A DNA stretch of 62,939 bases, taken from positions 1 through 62,939 of the forward strand of contig KZ538546.1 in the NCBI GenBank assembly GCA_000934665.2, in the 5' to 3' direction. Positions 48,901 through 61,247 of this stretch are shown piece by piece (positions within the stretch are counted from its first letter, which is position 1; every line of letters starts with the position of its first letter). The notes beneath the pieces were generated by a model. The model was not told the DNA's origin, did not search any database, and worked only from the letters and a program-made list of their open reading frames with translations. Made by a program: the position numbers and the translations under genes. The stretch comes from Catajapyx aquilonaris (Eukaryota).

Positions 48901-51900
48901 GGAATGATGCTGTGGAGGTCTAACAGATCTGGAGTGATCGAAGAGACTTTCCTCTTGCCCTCAGCACCAAAGACAACTACAGCTCTCAGCAACTGCTCAT
49001 GGATGATGGCAAGGGCACCACAGCCGAGAACGACCTGGACTTTGATGAAGGAATGCTGCCACTCCAAGCGCATAAGGCTCAGGCTGTCTTAGGGCAATGG
49101 GGGTGGGGGGTCAAGATCCTCGTTTGTTTACCGACCCCCTTGCAATCATTGCCCCATCTACCGTATTACCTCACATAGAGCAGCATGCCGGTGTAATCGA
49201 GGTCGACCAGTTTTTAGAAATGCATGATCTGGTGGCTATACCAACATGCCGGTATAGGGCGAGGTATTCTGGTATACGGCGAGGTTTTCACATAAGTTAC
49301 AGTATCCTTTCCGAACTTGACGCATTTGCCTGAAAATCGAAATTCAAGTGAAGGTTATCGAAAAGGCACGTACTGATGGTCTTGCATATGGCCCATTGTT
49401 TTAAATTGCAGTGTCTGGCAATAATCTCTATTTAACAGCAGGCTGACAATGGGATTGGTCACACAATCTACATTTTTTATGTGCACTGTGCAACAGAACT
49501 TGCATATTCTCACAGCCTGTACAGTGTTGGACGTTAATTGAGGCATACTGCTAGTGACATTTTCCGAAGTGGCAGAATAAGAAATCTTGCTCCCCCGGCT
49601 TGCAGTATCCTTATCTTCGATTCCTTCTTCTGCCACTTCGGAAAATGTCGCTGGCAGTATGCCTCGATTAATGTGCAACACTGTACACGCGCCCATTTTC
49701 ATCGTAACATAATTTCAGCACTGTACAAGAAGCATTCCATTAAAAAATGACCAGGATCAAAATTACGGAAATCTATCTCGGTTATTGCGGCATGCCGGCC
49801 ACGCCCAGGTTATACCGGCAAGCTGGTCGACCTCGTTTTATACCAGCATGCCTCTTTATGTGAGGTAATACAGTATATACCAGACCAAATTGTAATCGCC
49901 GGAGCTTCAAAACATACAGTAGTAAAGGTCATCTCACTATATTGTTACTGTTTTTGAATTTAAAAATACATGCAATGACTTACGACTCAACCCATGTATT
50001 AGCCTAGGCCCTAGGGTCTTAGGTTAAATCATAACAGAGCTGCTCCTGTTCATATTGGCTCACATTAATGAGGGTTACAGGGTGGTCAGTAACTATTACA
50101 TATTGGTCAGTCCTTGACCCATTCTAGAACTAAAGTGCTCTGCATTTATTTGATTTCGGCTAGGAGGAGTCATTGTCACATTTGGCAATAGAGTATTTAT
50201 TTATTTATTTATTTATTTAATTTACCCCGTGTTCGAGCCTTTGGCTCGTTTTGGGGGACACAGCCACATATGTATTACATACAAGTTCGGTATGTGTGCA
50301 TTAATGCTCATTTATATTTACAATTTTGATCACGTTTTGAAAAAAGAACAATTTATGTACATCTGGTTTTTGGCTATTTTTAAAGAGCATCAAGATCTGG
50401 TCAGGTGGAAATTTAGGTATATCAAACAGGTATTTCCGTCTTGGAGGAATGAACAAGGGGCATTCGTAAATTATATGAAAAATTGAACAGTTTACCTGCA
50501 TTTGGCAATAGAGTATTCCTGATGTTGCTACATTATGTATAGAAATTTTCTTGCTAGTCAGACCACTCACCTACTACTCATGGAAGTAGAGTGGTACAGT
50601 GCTGGACATTAATTCCGTTGTACTGCTAGCGACATTTTCTGATGCGGCAGAAGTGCAGATCGAAGTGACAGAGTGTGAGCTGAGCGAGTAAGAAATGGTA
50701 GGCCTTGGGTGACATCGAAAAAGGCTTGGCCCCAGCTGGTGAAATCACCCAAGGCCTACCATTTCTTATTTGCATGTCTCGGACTCGATCATTTCGATTT
50801 GCACTGCTGCCGCATTGGAAAATGTCGCTAGCAGTACAACAGAATTCATGTCCAGGGAGTGGATTCACAAAGGAGCGCAAAGAGGATATGCGGCGCAAGT
50901 TCAGTTCATTTACGCGCCACAAGAGGGGTGGTGCTGCCAGTAGGATTTACAAAGGGGCGCAACTATTTGATCCCTATACCTGGTCGGAAGGAGGTGTAAG
51001 TGGGAGAAGTGACATGGCCGACAATTGGCTATTTTTCGGGATGGAGCTAGAAGACAAAGATAGGCCTCACCCCTCCTTTCCCCCCGTAATCCGGTATCAC
51101 CTGTGGACCCCCATTGCATGGAGGCCATGGGTAGGCCTACTCACAGTGTTGACTTCGTCGTGAGTAAGTCCTTCCGCTTCTCATACCCGGCCACGGTCTC
51201 ATTGGCTGTAAAATTTGCTGCCGGCAGATGACGAGGGGTAAATCACTCGTAAAGTTAATTTTACTGTACGGTAAAGTGCGAAGTTCGACAAGTCTGGCTT
51301 TTTGCGAGTCCGTTGTATGCTCAACTACCGAGTGATTTACCCCTCGGCATCCGAAGTATCAGTTTCGGCCATCCTTGCCTGTCTGCAGGTAACTCTGTCA
51401 CAGAGCAGGAATAGGGGAATGGTCAGTAAATAGCGGTATTTCTGCTGGCCCTTTTGAATTAGAGCAGAGTGCTCACCATTTTCAGGCCTTCCACCAAAGA
51501 TACAGATACTTGTCCCTTAGTATCTTTGCATTCCGCTCGGTTGGCTCTAGTGTGGGTTCTGGCTGGGTTCTGGTGGCCATTTCCCAACGCAACCAATAGC
51601 AAGCCCTGTTACATGGAACGCGACTTTTACACTTATTCCCTACTTACACAGAGTGCTGTGCATCTTTGTGAATCACTTTACACCTCTCACTTAAACCAGG
51701 TGTAAGTGCAGCAAAAGTTACAAGGAGTAAATCACTTACACCGCGTAAAGTTGTGCCCCTTCTTGAATCCACTTCCAGCACAGTGCAGGGAGCAATAAAT
51801 GAATGTGCATCCCTATGAACACATTGTGGTAACCCAAAAATGGGGAAATTCATTTATAAACCAGCAATTTATTCATTAAACCTATGTCTGCCAGATCATT

Positions 51901-54000
51901 TTAATCGGAAGTGAGTATAGCCAGCAGAAACTAACAAGGGAATGACCAGGAGTGGTCCCTTCCTTTCTGGCTGAAACTTGCATGAGGTGGTCAATCATGT
52001 GCCACAAACACAGTGGAGAAAGTCCTAAATTTAGTTGTTCAGCTGTTTCCGAGATATGAGCGACAGAATATCCGAATTTTGGCTGCGCGTACAGGGGTTG
52101 GGCAGGAAAGAGACAAGTGCAAGGCCTGGCCAGACCCCTATACCCCTATTCGCGTAGCCAAAATTCGGATGTTCTGTCTCTCATATCTCAGAAACGGCTG
52201 AACAACTAAATTTAGGACTTTCTCCACTGTGTTTGTGGCACATGATTGACCCCTCATGCAAGTTTCAGCCAAATTGGAGGTGACCACCCTTGGTCATTCC
52301 CTTGTTAGTTCAAATGTGATCTTGGAGAAAGATATTGGCAAAGTATAGTATCCGTTGATTCCAACAAGTGTGGCAAATGCTCTTTTCAAATCGGTCCAAC
52401 CTAACAAGCTGGAATGGTAGAAGCCTTGAAGGCAATATGTCAGCATATGTGGAATTCAGGTTTTTGCAATGACTGAGAGATGCAGCATATCCATGGTGTT
52501 TCTTACTAGTAAGTCAACTCACAGTCCACGTATTCCTTGGCCCAAACCAAGTCTAAAATGTAGGGGGGGGAGAAATATCAGGGGACCAACCGGTAATGAG
52601 GTGGCCAACCAGAAACATTGGCTTACTCGTAGGCATAGGCAGCAACACTAACGACACCTCTTTGTATGGAGATCCCCTGTCAGGTGGACCTGCCCACCTT
52701 ACAGTGGTTGCCTAGAGAGCAGGATATAAGTGTGATAATCACTTCTGCAAAAGAGCTGATCTCACAAAATCTCATAAGTCGTTATTATCATGCTCATATC
52801 CTGCTCCCTAGCCAACCACTGTAACGCTTGTGTGTCCATTTGCCAGGCGATCTCCCTACTAAGAGGCTTTGTGTGTTGCTGCCTGTGTCACGTGGGACTT
52901 GGGGGTGGAGGGTGGTGGTAGGGATGGTTCGAGCCTCGGACCCAAAGGGGTTAGGGAGGCTCTGGCAAGGGTCAGTATAGGTGGGGGTGGTGGTGAGGGC
53001 ATGGCTTTTCTAGGAAGAATTGGGGAGGGGGAATAGAAAAAGGCTGATGGGTGAAGATGGGGTCAGGTGGGCATCTGACTGATTCAGGAGGAGGGAAGGA
53101 GGGGGGGGGGGGGGGTTTAAATGCTGTCTGCTTTGCTTGCTGATGTTGCTAGGCGTCGCTCCGTCGCTGGCGTCGTCAGGCATAGCTCCCATATAGCGGG
53201 CATCGCCGGGCGTCGCTGGCATCGTCGGGCATTGCTTAACGGTGAAGCTAGTCCGCAGCCAACACGGGCATGAGACAAGGGAAGGGACTTAGACCCTAGG
53301 GTAGGCAAAAATTGTTGGGCTGCATATACCTCATTACTGGCTGTGGTTACTGGTTGGTCCTTCAACATTTCTCCCCCCTACATTTTTGAAGTGGTTTGGA
53401 CTAAGGAATGCTCTCCCTGCCCGTTGACCTACTAGTAAGAAACATCCCATGTGAATGTTCATATGTGTTATTTTCATTGACATTATGCTATACGTATGGT
53501 AACAATTTTTTAATTGTCACATTGCTGTTGGATTTTGATGAGATCACTAAAGTTTATGTGCTTGTAGTCCTAGGTTCTTGTACATGTGGCCCAATGCTAG
53601 GATTTCCGTGATGGGCGGCGAGCAAGCAGCAGGTGTCTTAGCACAAATCACACGAGACCAGCGCAAACGAGAAGGCAAACCTGTAAGAACAATATCCTTG
53701 TGATTGTCGTATACGTTTTAACTGTCACATTTTGCAGTGGACTGAAGAAGAGGAGCGGTCATTGAAGCAACCAATTATAGAACGGTTTGAAGAGGAAGGG
53801 AGTCCATACTTTTCTAGTGCCAGGTACTTTTGGGTACCCATAGAGAATTAACTTTTTCATAACTGGCTATTACTCATTTCAGGCTTTGGGATGATGGTGT
53901 GATTGATCCAATGGACACCCGAAAAGTCTTAGGATTGAGCCTGAGTGCAGCTCTTAATGCACCAATTCCAGAGACACAATTTGGTGTGTTCCGAATGTGA
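42958..54000 (+). CDS. MCCC2: Methylcrotonoyl-CoA carboxylase beta chain, mitochondrial (570 aa)
   Basis: Exons 42958-43107, 43620-43873, 46727-46967, 47029-47207, 47275-47470, 47763-47912, 47970-48036, 48106-48262, 53568-53682, 53738-53823, 53883-54000. All introns are GT-AG with consistent phases, 1713 nt in total. Motifs include [48 protein letters not shown] and the C-terminal FGVFRM*. The N-terminus looks like a transit peptide. Confidence 0.97.
44255..45511 (-). mobile_element. Defective Tc1/mariner element
   Basis: About 52-bp TIR CAGGGTGTTCCGCTTAGAGGTATAATAAAAG..., TA-flanked. Minus-strand remnants GPYFF, DGAPPHF, IGRR..W, NFFL..FVKD and CATSGVHVE lie at about 44370-44820. Confidence 0.85.
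44932..45417. mobile_element. Kolobok-type MITE nested in the mariner element
   Basis: TTAA|AGGGACACTCCACTCAAAATACAAGTTGG...CCAACTTGTATTTTGAGTGGAGTGTCCCT|TTAA, with a central palindrome at about 45135-45227. Confidence 0.85.
46098..46436 (+). mobile_element. tRNA-derived SINE
   Basis: A box TGGCGCCGCGG, B box GGTTCAATCC, poly-A tail and TSD TCTTTGTGG. Confidence 0.85.
47617..47687. repeat. 71-nt intronic hairpin
   Basis: 24-bp perfect stem CTTACTTTGTCTGTAGCAATTAAT/ATTAATTGCTACAGACAAAGTAAG. Confidence 0.85.
49161..49873. mobile_element. pogo-like MITE nested in the fold-back arm
   Basis: TA|CCGTATTACCTCACATA...TATGTGAGGTAATACAG|TA; it interrupts the right arm. Confidence 0.85.
49522..49683. 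mobile_element. Tc1-like MITE (third nesting level); sister copy at 50597-50861
   Basis: TA|CAGTGTTGGACGTTAATT...TACTGCTAGTGACATTTTCC with matching inverted arms. Confidence 0.75.
50198..50498 (-). mobile_element. 5'-truncated LINE 3' end
   Basis: 19-bp TSD CATTTGGCAATAGAGTATT, a (TAAA)n tail, and an ORF2 C-terminal knuckle remnant [14 protein letters not shown]. Confidence 0.85.
50597..50861. mobile_element. Tc1-like MITE, same family as 49522-49683
   Basis: CAGTGCTGGACATTAATT...TACTGCTAGCGACATTTTC / GAAAATGTCGCTAGCAGTA...ATGTCCAG. Confidence 0.7.
51227..51351. mobile_element. Small MITE
   Basis: CGAGGGGTAAATCACTCG / CGAGTGATTTACCCCTCG inverted ends. Confidence 0.7.
51929..52310. mobile_element. 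Near-perfect fold-back MITE
   Basis: Arms of about 170 bp, AACTAACAAGGGAATGACCA.../...TGGTCATTCCCTTGTTAGTT. Confidence 0.85.
52492..53448. mobile_element. mariner-like MITE family, copy 1 (with a GC-rich internal insert)
   Basis: GGTGTTTCTTACTAGTA/TACTAGTAAGAAACA ends. It shares ACCAGAAACATTGG and TCATATCCTGCTCC blocks with 58302-58941 and 59828-60210. Confidence 0.75.
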
Positions 54001-55204
54001 GACCATATGAGAGAGATTTTGAACAAAGGCATGATCTACGGGCACCTGACTTGGATTCAAACTCAACCTGTAGCTTATGATGTGGGCCAAAGTCAAAGTG
54101 GCATCACAGCACATAAGAGTTCCTGGTCGATATATTTTGTCACTGTCAAACTCAAGTTGTGAGTCTTCCATATAATCTTGTCTGGGAATCAGCAGATGTA
54201 GCAAGATTTTGTACTTATCATGCAAGTGCTTGTTTCACAATTTGCCCAAACATGGTGACTTGTGAGTTAGATTTCAGCTGTCTTGTCACAGTGTAGCATA
54301 TTTTTTTGGATGGCTGTGGCTCCATCTGGTATTCCATTATAGTGTTACTCTTGTGTCATGATAGACTAATATATTTTCATTTTTAATGATAGGTGTGATT
54401 CACACTTTAATGTTGGAATTTGCATTTACGTTAAAATGTAATATGTACTTTTATCACTTGATTTCAAGTGTTATACTGTTTTGAGAGATTTTATAGTGAT
54501 AATGTGAAGATATGAAATATATTATATGTTGAGTGATAATGACTTGGTATCTGTTTTCAGAAAGTAGTACTTTCCTTCTCTCTGCTGGAGGTAGAAAAAT
54601 AAAACCCTGATTGCTGCCTGGCTCTCGCCAAGGCCAACACTGCTGACTGTGTCTTATAGTGTCCTCTTTGCTCAGCTCAGAGCACCTGCTATGAGGACTG
54701 GGCTCATGTGTACACCAAGAGCTCCCGACAGCTCCAAGTGGTCTGACCACATTGGGTGTTTGTTTGTGTGTTGCAGAGAGGCTCCTTCTGAGTTCCTCTC
54801 CTTGGCTCCAGGCCATTGCCAAAGTGATGCCAGATGTGTCCACAGCATCATCTGTTCTGACTCACAGAGGTCCCAGATGGCGCTGCAATCCTACTTCTTC
54901 GGCACCCATCTGTTGCTGTGTTCTGTTATCCAGTGCCTCCAGCAGCTGGCTCTGCTTGGGGTGTCTGAGTTTCTGTTGGGTTCCCAGGCATGTGGGTATC
55001 CAGGGAGGGGAATGAGTTGGTGGATGAGGTGGCCTGCACCGCCTCTGCCCCCGTGCCCAGGGCTGTGCACCCCATGCAAATTTTGAGGCATGTGACGAGC
55101 AGCCCAGTGAGTGGCAGGTCCCTTGGGACAGGGAGATTGGGAACAAGCTCCATTGGTGAAGTTGGTCCTCTCCCCCTGACCCCTTCTGGTCCACCCACCC
55201 TTCC

Positions 55205-55535
55205 CTCCCTTGCCTATCTTGTCTGATTTGGATCCAACCATTTTGTTGGCGAGCTCTCCTTTCGTTCCTGAAAACCAACTTTTACAGGCATTTATGAATG
55301 TTGGCTGTTCAATATACTACCATAGTAATGTTGTGTTTCACATACCATACTTATTAGAATTTTATAAAACTGGAGCTTCTTGTGTCTTCCATGATAAAAT
55401 ATGTAGGCTAAATACCTTTCCCCCTTTTTTTGGCATGGGTTGGCAGAGACTGCACAACATAACACTGTGTTTAAGTGGTTTAAGGCAATATAACCATTGC
55501 TGCTTTTGTGCCATAAAAGCCAAATCAATCCATTC
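55205..55535 (+). mobile_element. 3' end of an I/Nimb-like LINE
   Basis: DLDPTILLASSPFVPENQLL resembles I/Nimb ORF2 C-termini from memory. The tail reads GCTGCTTTTGTGCCATAAAAGCCAAATCAATCC. Confidence 0.45.
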
Positions 55536-55804
55536 ATAATAATAAATTTTCCCGGAATATGATTTCCATGTGCCTCTGACTTCATTTTCACATTTTGAGT
55601 GGAATCATGCATGCCGGTACCATTGTATAGCACCTGGACCTGGTATAGCAGCTTGAATGGGCTTTCCAGCAATGTGCAGCCTTGGTGCAGCCAGGTGCAG
55701 CTCACTGCCAAAATAAAGGCGAGGCAACAGGAATGAGTGGAAATTAGCATCCCAAGAATTTTATTGATAAGAATTTGTGCCAATGTTTGGGGGACATTCC
55801 CTCT

Positions 55805-55840
<36 letters not shown>

Positions 55841-56736
55841 CCCNTCTTCAAGTAATTGTCCAACACATGGTGGCGAGACCATGGTTGCAAGTTGCAATAC
55901 TGTAAATCAGTGCCGGACAGCACCGGATAGCCAGAAACAAAATTTGCAAGTTGCGAACGATGCTTTTCATCATCTTTTCATCACTCTTTGCTTTTCATAA
56001 TATGCCTGCGTACCCTGTTCGAACGCGCCCACTAGCCACAACCCTGCGAATCAAGCTGCGAATAGTAGTTTACACGTGTCAGCTACTAGCGGCTACTAGC
56101 CAGGTTCGCCACTCAGAACAGAACTCGCATGCTCAGTAGGTCCTCTACTAGAGTGTGTGAACCGGTTTCCGCTTCCTTCCCAGCAGCCTGCCGTGCCGCC
56201 TATCCGCCATATTGGAGACAACGCTGCTGTGCCGGTTGTTGTCTCCAACTGGTGGCTAGCGTCGGTTTGTCGCTCTAGTAGTGGTGCAGGCCGGTGCGGG
56301 CCATGGTCCCTTCATTGCCCTTGTGAGCGGAATTACGTAGGCTTTCTCTTCGCTGCAGTTCCGTTGACCCTAGCGGCACCGAAGAGGTGAGAAGAATAGT
56401 GTGTAGAGGTGGTTATGATGTGTGGCTGACATTGGTATTGGATTTGACTGATTACTTGGCTTTAGTAAGGTGCAATTAAGAGCACGATGATGGAGACACA
56501 GTTGGATAGGACCCCATGGACAGTCAGTGAAAAATTGGCCATTTCCGTTGAGTCTTGGTGTTGGCTGGTCCAGTTCCAAAATTTTATGCACCTGGAGTAC
56601 CATATTAACCCTCAGAGACCGGCAAACCGATACGTTGGTTAAGGGTAGATGTGCTAGAAACCTGGCAGAGCAATGAGTTGGTTGGTTGTGTGACTGTTCC
56701 ACTTTTAGATCACCATCATGTGCTTCCGGATGAAAT

Positions 56737-57104
56737 TTTTAATTTTTTTAATTTGGTTTAAAATTTAGTTTACCCCGTGATGACCCTTACGGGTGCTTTA
56801 GGGGGGTGGCATACCATCATCAGTTTTCTGTATATATATTTTCACTTCATTCTCTGGTGCAAGGAAACAGGGACAATGGGAAAGGATAGGGATTTTTGGG
56901 GAGGGAACATGGGTGCAAGATGCAATGTCGTAGCTATGGGTCATGTGCTGTTCCCCAGGAGGTTAGGTTGCCAGACACCTCCTTGGTGCAGGTCAGAGAG
57001 CCTCCTGACGCAGGTGAAAGGAAAGTTCCCCAAGCGGGGATCGAACCTGGGGCCTTGCACTCAGCAAGCCGAGACGTTACCATCTCGGCCATCTACACCT
57101 CCCC
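56737..57104 (-). mobile_element. tRNA-derived SINE
   Basis: A box TGGCCGAGATGG, B box GGTTCGATCC, A-rich tail and 14-bp TSD CTTCCGGATGAAAT. Confidence 0.9.
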
Positions 57105-58301
57105 CTTCCGGATGAAATGTAGGCATGGTTATTTTTTCTAACAACAGAGGAAACATGTCTCAGACTATGACCTGCCAATATTTTGTTCACCAAATTTCAA
57201 AACAAGGTAATTTTTTGAAACAACAGAGGGCATAATGTCTGTGACTTGCGCTCTCCCGCTTTGCTGCAAGCTAGGCACATACTTGCTGCTGCGGTAGGCA
57301 GATGCTTCCCGCCCCACTTTCAAATCAGGTCAGGTGCACTGGTTGGGTCGGGTTGGTTATGCCAAAATGTTTCAATGGAAAGTCTATCGTTTATCCGCAC
57401 CTAGCGACGCGGTGGGATTGGCAGGTCCAAACATGTTGGCTACGCGTCGCAAACAACCGGTTGCCGGGAGAGCATAACAAAGGGCGTCTTCTTACCCCTG
57501 CCATGCGAACTGTTCAGACGAGTGCTAGGACCACAGTATTAATGAAGGAGGTGTGAAATATGAAAGCCATGATGGTTGCTGCGGTCCGTTAACCAAAAGA
57601 ACGATATGATGTCACACCAGCCGTGTTTTCTGAGTGTGTGCAGTAGTATGCCTGCAGAGTGAGTCGTGGGGATGATTGGAGGGGAGAGCCGGTGGTGGTG
57701 GGCAGAACTTGGTGTCATGACTGTGTGAAGGTGTACTTCGTGCTTGGCAAAGCCACAATAACGTTCGTTGGCCTGCGGCGCCACAAGACGGACAGTAAAT
57801 GTTGCGGATACAGAAACCCACAATAAGCACAGTCTTAGAAGAATAGGTCGGGACACTCGCCACCATCTTGCGTGCCGTTAACCTTTCCCGCATTGGTGCT
57901 AGTATATCTGCAATAGAATCACGCTGTGGAACATGCTGCGCCATAGCGACTAGCAACCCTGACGGTACAACTATGCATTAACACCAAGCTACCGATAGCG
58001 TGCCGTCTCCATCTAATTGCTCCCGACAGTACATACGCAGTGAGTGACTCACCTGAGCATAAGGAGAGGAGCCTATTGCGCATGCGTACCCGCCTCCTAC
58101 TTGCCTCCCGAGTCGGTTTCCGGGTGATTCAGATGGCCAGTTCTCGGGCGAGTGGGCTACTGCGCAAGCGTAATCCCCAACTCGGCCAAGTCACTTGCTA
58201 CGTGTGTAGCCTGCTTTGGTACAATGGCAAATTAGAAAGTGTTTTGACAGCGTTTTAAATTCCAAAGCTGCATTACAGAAACCCAAAGTGACATACACAT
58301 G

Positions 58302-58941
58302 CAGGGTGTTTCTTATTAGTATGGCAGTCAGTGTATTCCTTGGCCAAAAATGTAAAGGGGAGAAATGTCAAGAGAGCAACTGTTAATGAGGTAGACAACC
58401 AGAAACATTGGCCTACCCCTAGTCAGTGAGATCACCTCTTTCACAGAAGTGATTATCACTCTCATATGCTGCTCCCTTGGCAACCCCTGTAGGGCCTGGT
58501 GCAAATGAGGAAATTTGGGAGAAACTTATTGCCTGCCCACCCACCCAAGATCTCACAGCGCATGCACTCTCCTGGGGCAATGTGCGTGTGCAGATTTCTT
58601 GCGGCCAAGAAATTTGGAGCCGATCTGGGCGTGCTGGCATGGGCTGGGTTGGGCCGCGACACTTGCACCCTCTCGTGGGCAACATGAATATTTGGATAAG
58701 TGTGTGTGCCTCCCACATTTCCTCATTTGCGGCGGGCCTAAGGTGTGCGAGTCCATCTGCCAGGCGACCTCCCTACAAACAGGCGTGTGTTGCCACATGT
58801 GTCTAGGAGTAGGCCAGTATTTCTGGTCGTCTACCTCGTTACAGGTTGGTCCCTTGACATTTCACCTCCCTATAATTTTGACATGTTTTGGTCCAAGGAA
58901 TATGCTGACTGCCATTGGCCACACTGGTAAAAAACACCCTG
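58302..58941. mobile_element. mariner-like MITE family, copy 2
   Basis: CAGGGTGTTTCTTATTAGT...ACTGGTAAAAAACACCCTG with long arms. Confidence 0.8.
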
Positions 58942-59192
58942 CATAAAAGGGCAAGTTTTTATCTACTTGTCACATAGTCACCATAAACATTGATGCACTT
59001 ATCTCACTGGACCACTAGTTTTTCCATGGGAGTGCAGGCTGGTGCTTCTTCCAAACCATACACCCTTGCTTACCATCTTTTGATGACCATCTCATTGGAC
59101 CTGATGATAAAACCTAATCACAGTGACCATCTAGAAATAATTATAACATGTTGGGTATCTTTGTGGGTTTATGTTTTAGTTTTACACAGTTA

Positions 59193-59484
59193 TAATAAAT
59201 AAATAAATAATTCATACCCTGTTATCAGCCATCGGCTCTTTAGGGGGGAAGTTTGTTTTTGCCTAGAACTCCTTGCTTTTCATTTTACTGTGCTCTTTGG
59301 GATAGGATAGGGACGGAAGGAAGCGGCTGTGGCCTATTAATTACGGAAGCAACTCCGGAATTTTCCTGGAAGGACCGTGGGAAACCACAGAAAACCACGG
59401 TCAGAGTTGCCGGCCCCGGGATTTGATCCCAGGACCTCCCGGTTAGCAGTCGGACACCATATCCCCTACTCCAAACTGCTTTGG
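59193..59484 (-). mobile_element. tRNA-derived SINE
   Basis: Degenerate tRNA head, body CTGACCGTGGTTTTCTGTGGTTTCCC...AGGCCACAGCCGCTTCCTTCC, and a 16-bp TSD TAGTTTTACACAGTTA. Confidence 0.85.
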
Positions 59485-59563
59485 TAGTTTTACACAGTTA
59501 CATTAATAATACAGTGAAACTTGCACCGAGTGGAAACTTGTCTGCTGCAGAAAATTTGTGGTA

Positions 59564-61247
59564 CCATAAAATGGGGGGACTTCCTAAAATGGGGAAAATA
59601 AAATAAATAAATGGGGGGACTTTGGAAGCATGGGGTGATATCGGACGCTTACCATTTTCTTTGCTTGGGGCAGTGTGAACACTTATTGGTAGTTTTAAAA
59701 AGCAATTTGTCATGGACATTGGGCAGAGTGAGTTTGAGAGCTGCACCATGAGCACACCAGATTCCCATTGAGAGGACTTCTTACACACTTTATTTCCCTG
59801 ACTCAAAATGACATACATTCGGATATAGAGGGTGTTTCTTAACTAGTATGGCCAACAGCTGGCAGCATATTCATTGGGCCAAAACAAGTCGAAAATGTAG
59901 GGGGGAGAAATGTTGAGGGACTAGCTGTTAATGAGGTAGATGACCAGAAACGTTGGCCAGTGGTTGCCTAGGGAGCAGGATATGGGCATGATAATCATGA
60001 CTGTTGGGATTGGCGAGGTCATCCTATTTCACAGAATGTGATCATCACTGCTCATATCCTGCTCCTTACGCAACCACTGGCCAATGTTTCTGGTCGTGTA
60101 CCTCATTAACGGTTGGTCCCTCGACATTTCTCCCCTCTACATTTTTGGCTTGTTTTGGCCCAAGGAATGCACTGCCGGTCGTTGGCCATACTAGTAAGAA
60201 ACAAACCCTGTATGTTAAAGTAACTAGTGCCCACACTTCCTTGCTGCATGGAGGTAAACTGGAACACAGCTAATTTGTAATGAAATTAGCACGAAATTAG
60301 TCTCCCTTTGTCCCAGAGTATTTGTTGTAACAAAATTCGGGGTTGCAAGTGGGGAGGCCTTACCAACCCTACAGGGTTGGAGACCTTAAATGGGCTGTGC
60401 TTGTTGTGAAAGTTCTTTACATCAGGTCAGCAGCAGAAAAGTACCGGGTCCCATGCAGCACCATTTCAGACAAGGTCCGAAACAAACATAAAAAAAAAAA
60501 CAAGAAGGGCAACCAGTAGACCTATTAACTGTTGAGAAGTAAAATAAACTCAGTGAAGGGCTACTCAGCTGTGGTGAGTGGGCATCAAAAAACAGTACCA
60601 GGTCAAAGTGATGCACAAAAAGTGTTTGTGAAAGAAACATATTTCCAAGCACATTTCAGATGTCCATATTTTGATGATAAATGTCTTATGGTGCAAACTC
60701 AGGTTTTTCGCAAATTGGTGAAGCCCCGATACCTTCGCAGAGGGCGTTGTATTTATAGTGACATCAGTGGTGCTCATGTGGTATGCACATACAGGTATTC
60801 ATATCTACCTAGTATTGTATCACATATGCCCCCTTGTGGGATTCAGTAGGTACTGGTACAGTGCTGGACATATTAGAAATCCCTAAATGTGTACTTCTTT
60901 GCCAGGTAACGCCAGCGCTGCCTATGCCGAAAAATGAACATTTAGGGACTGCTAATAGGTTCAGCACTGTACCGTTCCAATATCGTTTATTTGTAGATGC
61001 CCTTTGTGAATTTTTAAGTACTTTAATGTGTCCGAGGGTGCACCATTAATGTGTGGACTTATTGTACAATGTCAAATGAAAGGGCGTCTGAAGACACCAC
61101 GCCAAGTGGGGTGAACTATTATTATGAGCTTCGATAAGGGACATTTCCACCTGTCTAGGTTAATTAATTCAGAATCTTACATCAAAATGTCTTAATGGGA
61201 CAGCTAACAAACTGCCAAAAAGTGGTTGAAATCGCCCCATTCTATGG
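59564..61247 (+). mobile_element. Defective pogo-like element with pipsqueak-HTH transposase remnant
   Basis: TA|CCATAAAATGGGG...CCCCATTCTATGG|TA. About 60380-60585 encodes DLKWAVLVVKVLYIRSAAEKYRVPCSTISDKVRNKH (HTH_psq-like), followed by a frameshift and stop. Confidence 0.7.
59828..60210. mobile_element. mariner-like MITE family, copy 3 (nested in the pogo element)
   Basis: TA|GAGGGTGTTTCTTAACTAGTATGGCCAAC...GTTGGCCATACTAGTAAGAAACAAACCCTG|TA. Confidence 0.8.

Larger units (their letters stand above)
48357..49996. mobile_element. mariner fold-back element (two 5' ends)
   Basis: TA|CATGCGTTGAGT...ACTCAACCCATG|TA with arms of about 300 bp. Both arms encode a transposase N-terminal HTH remnant (EWQxSFIKVQV..G..A.II.EQL.RAV). 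Confidence 0.8.
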
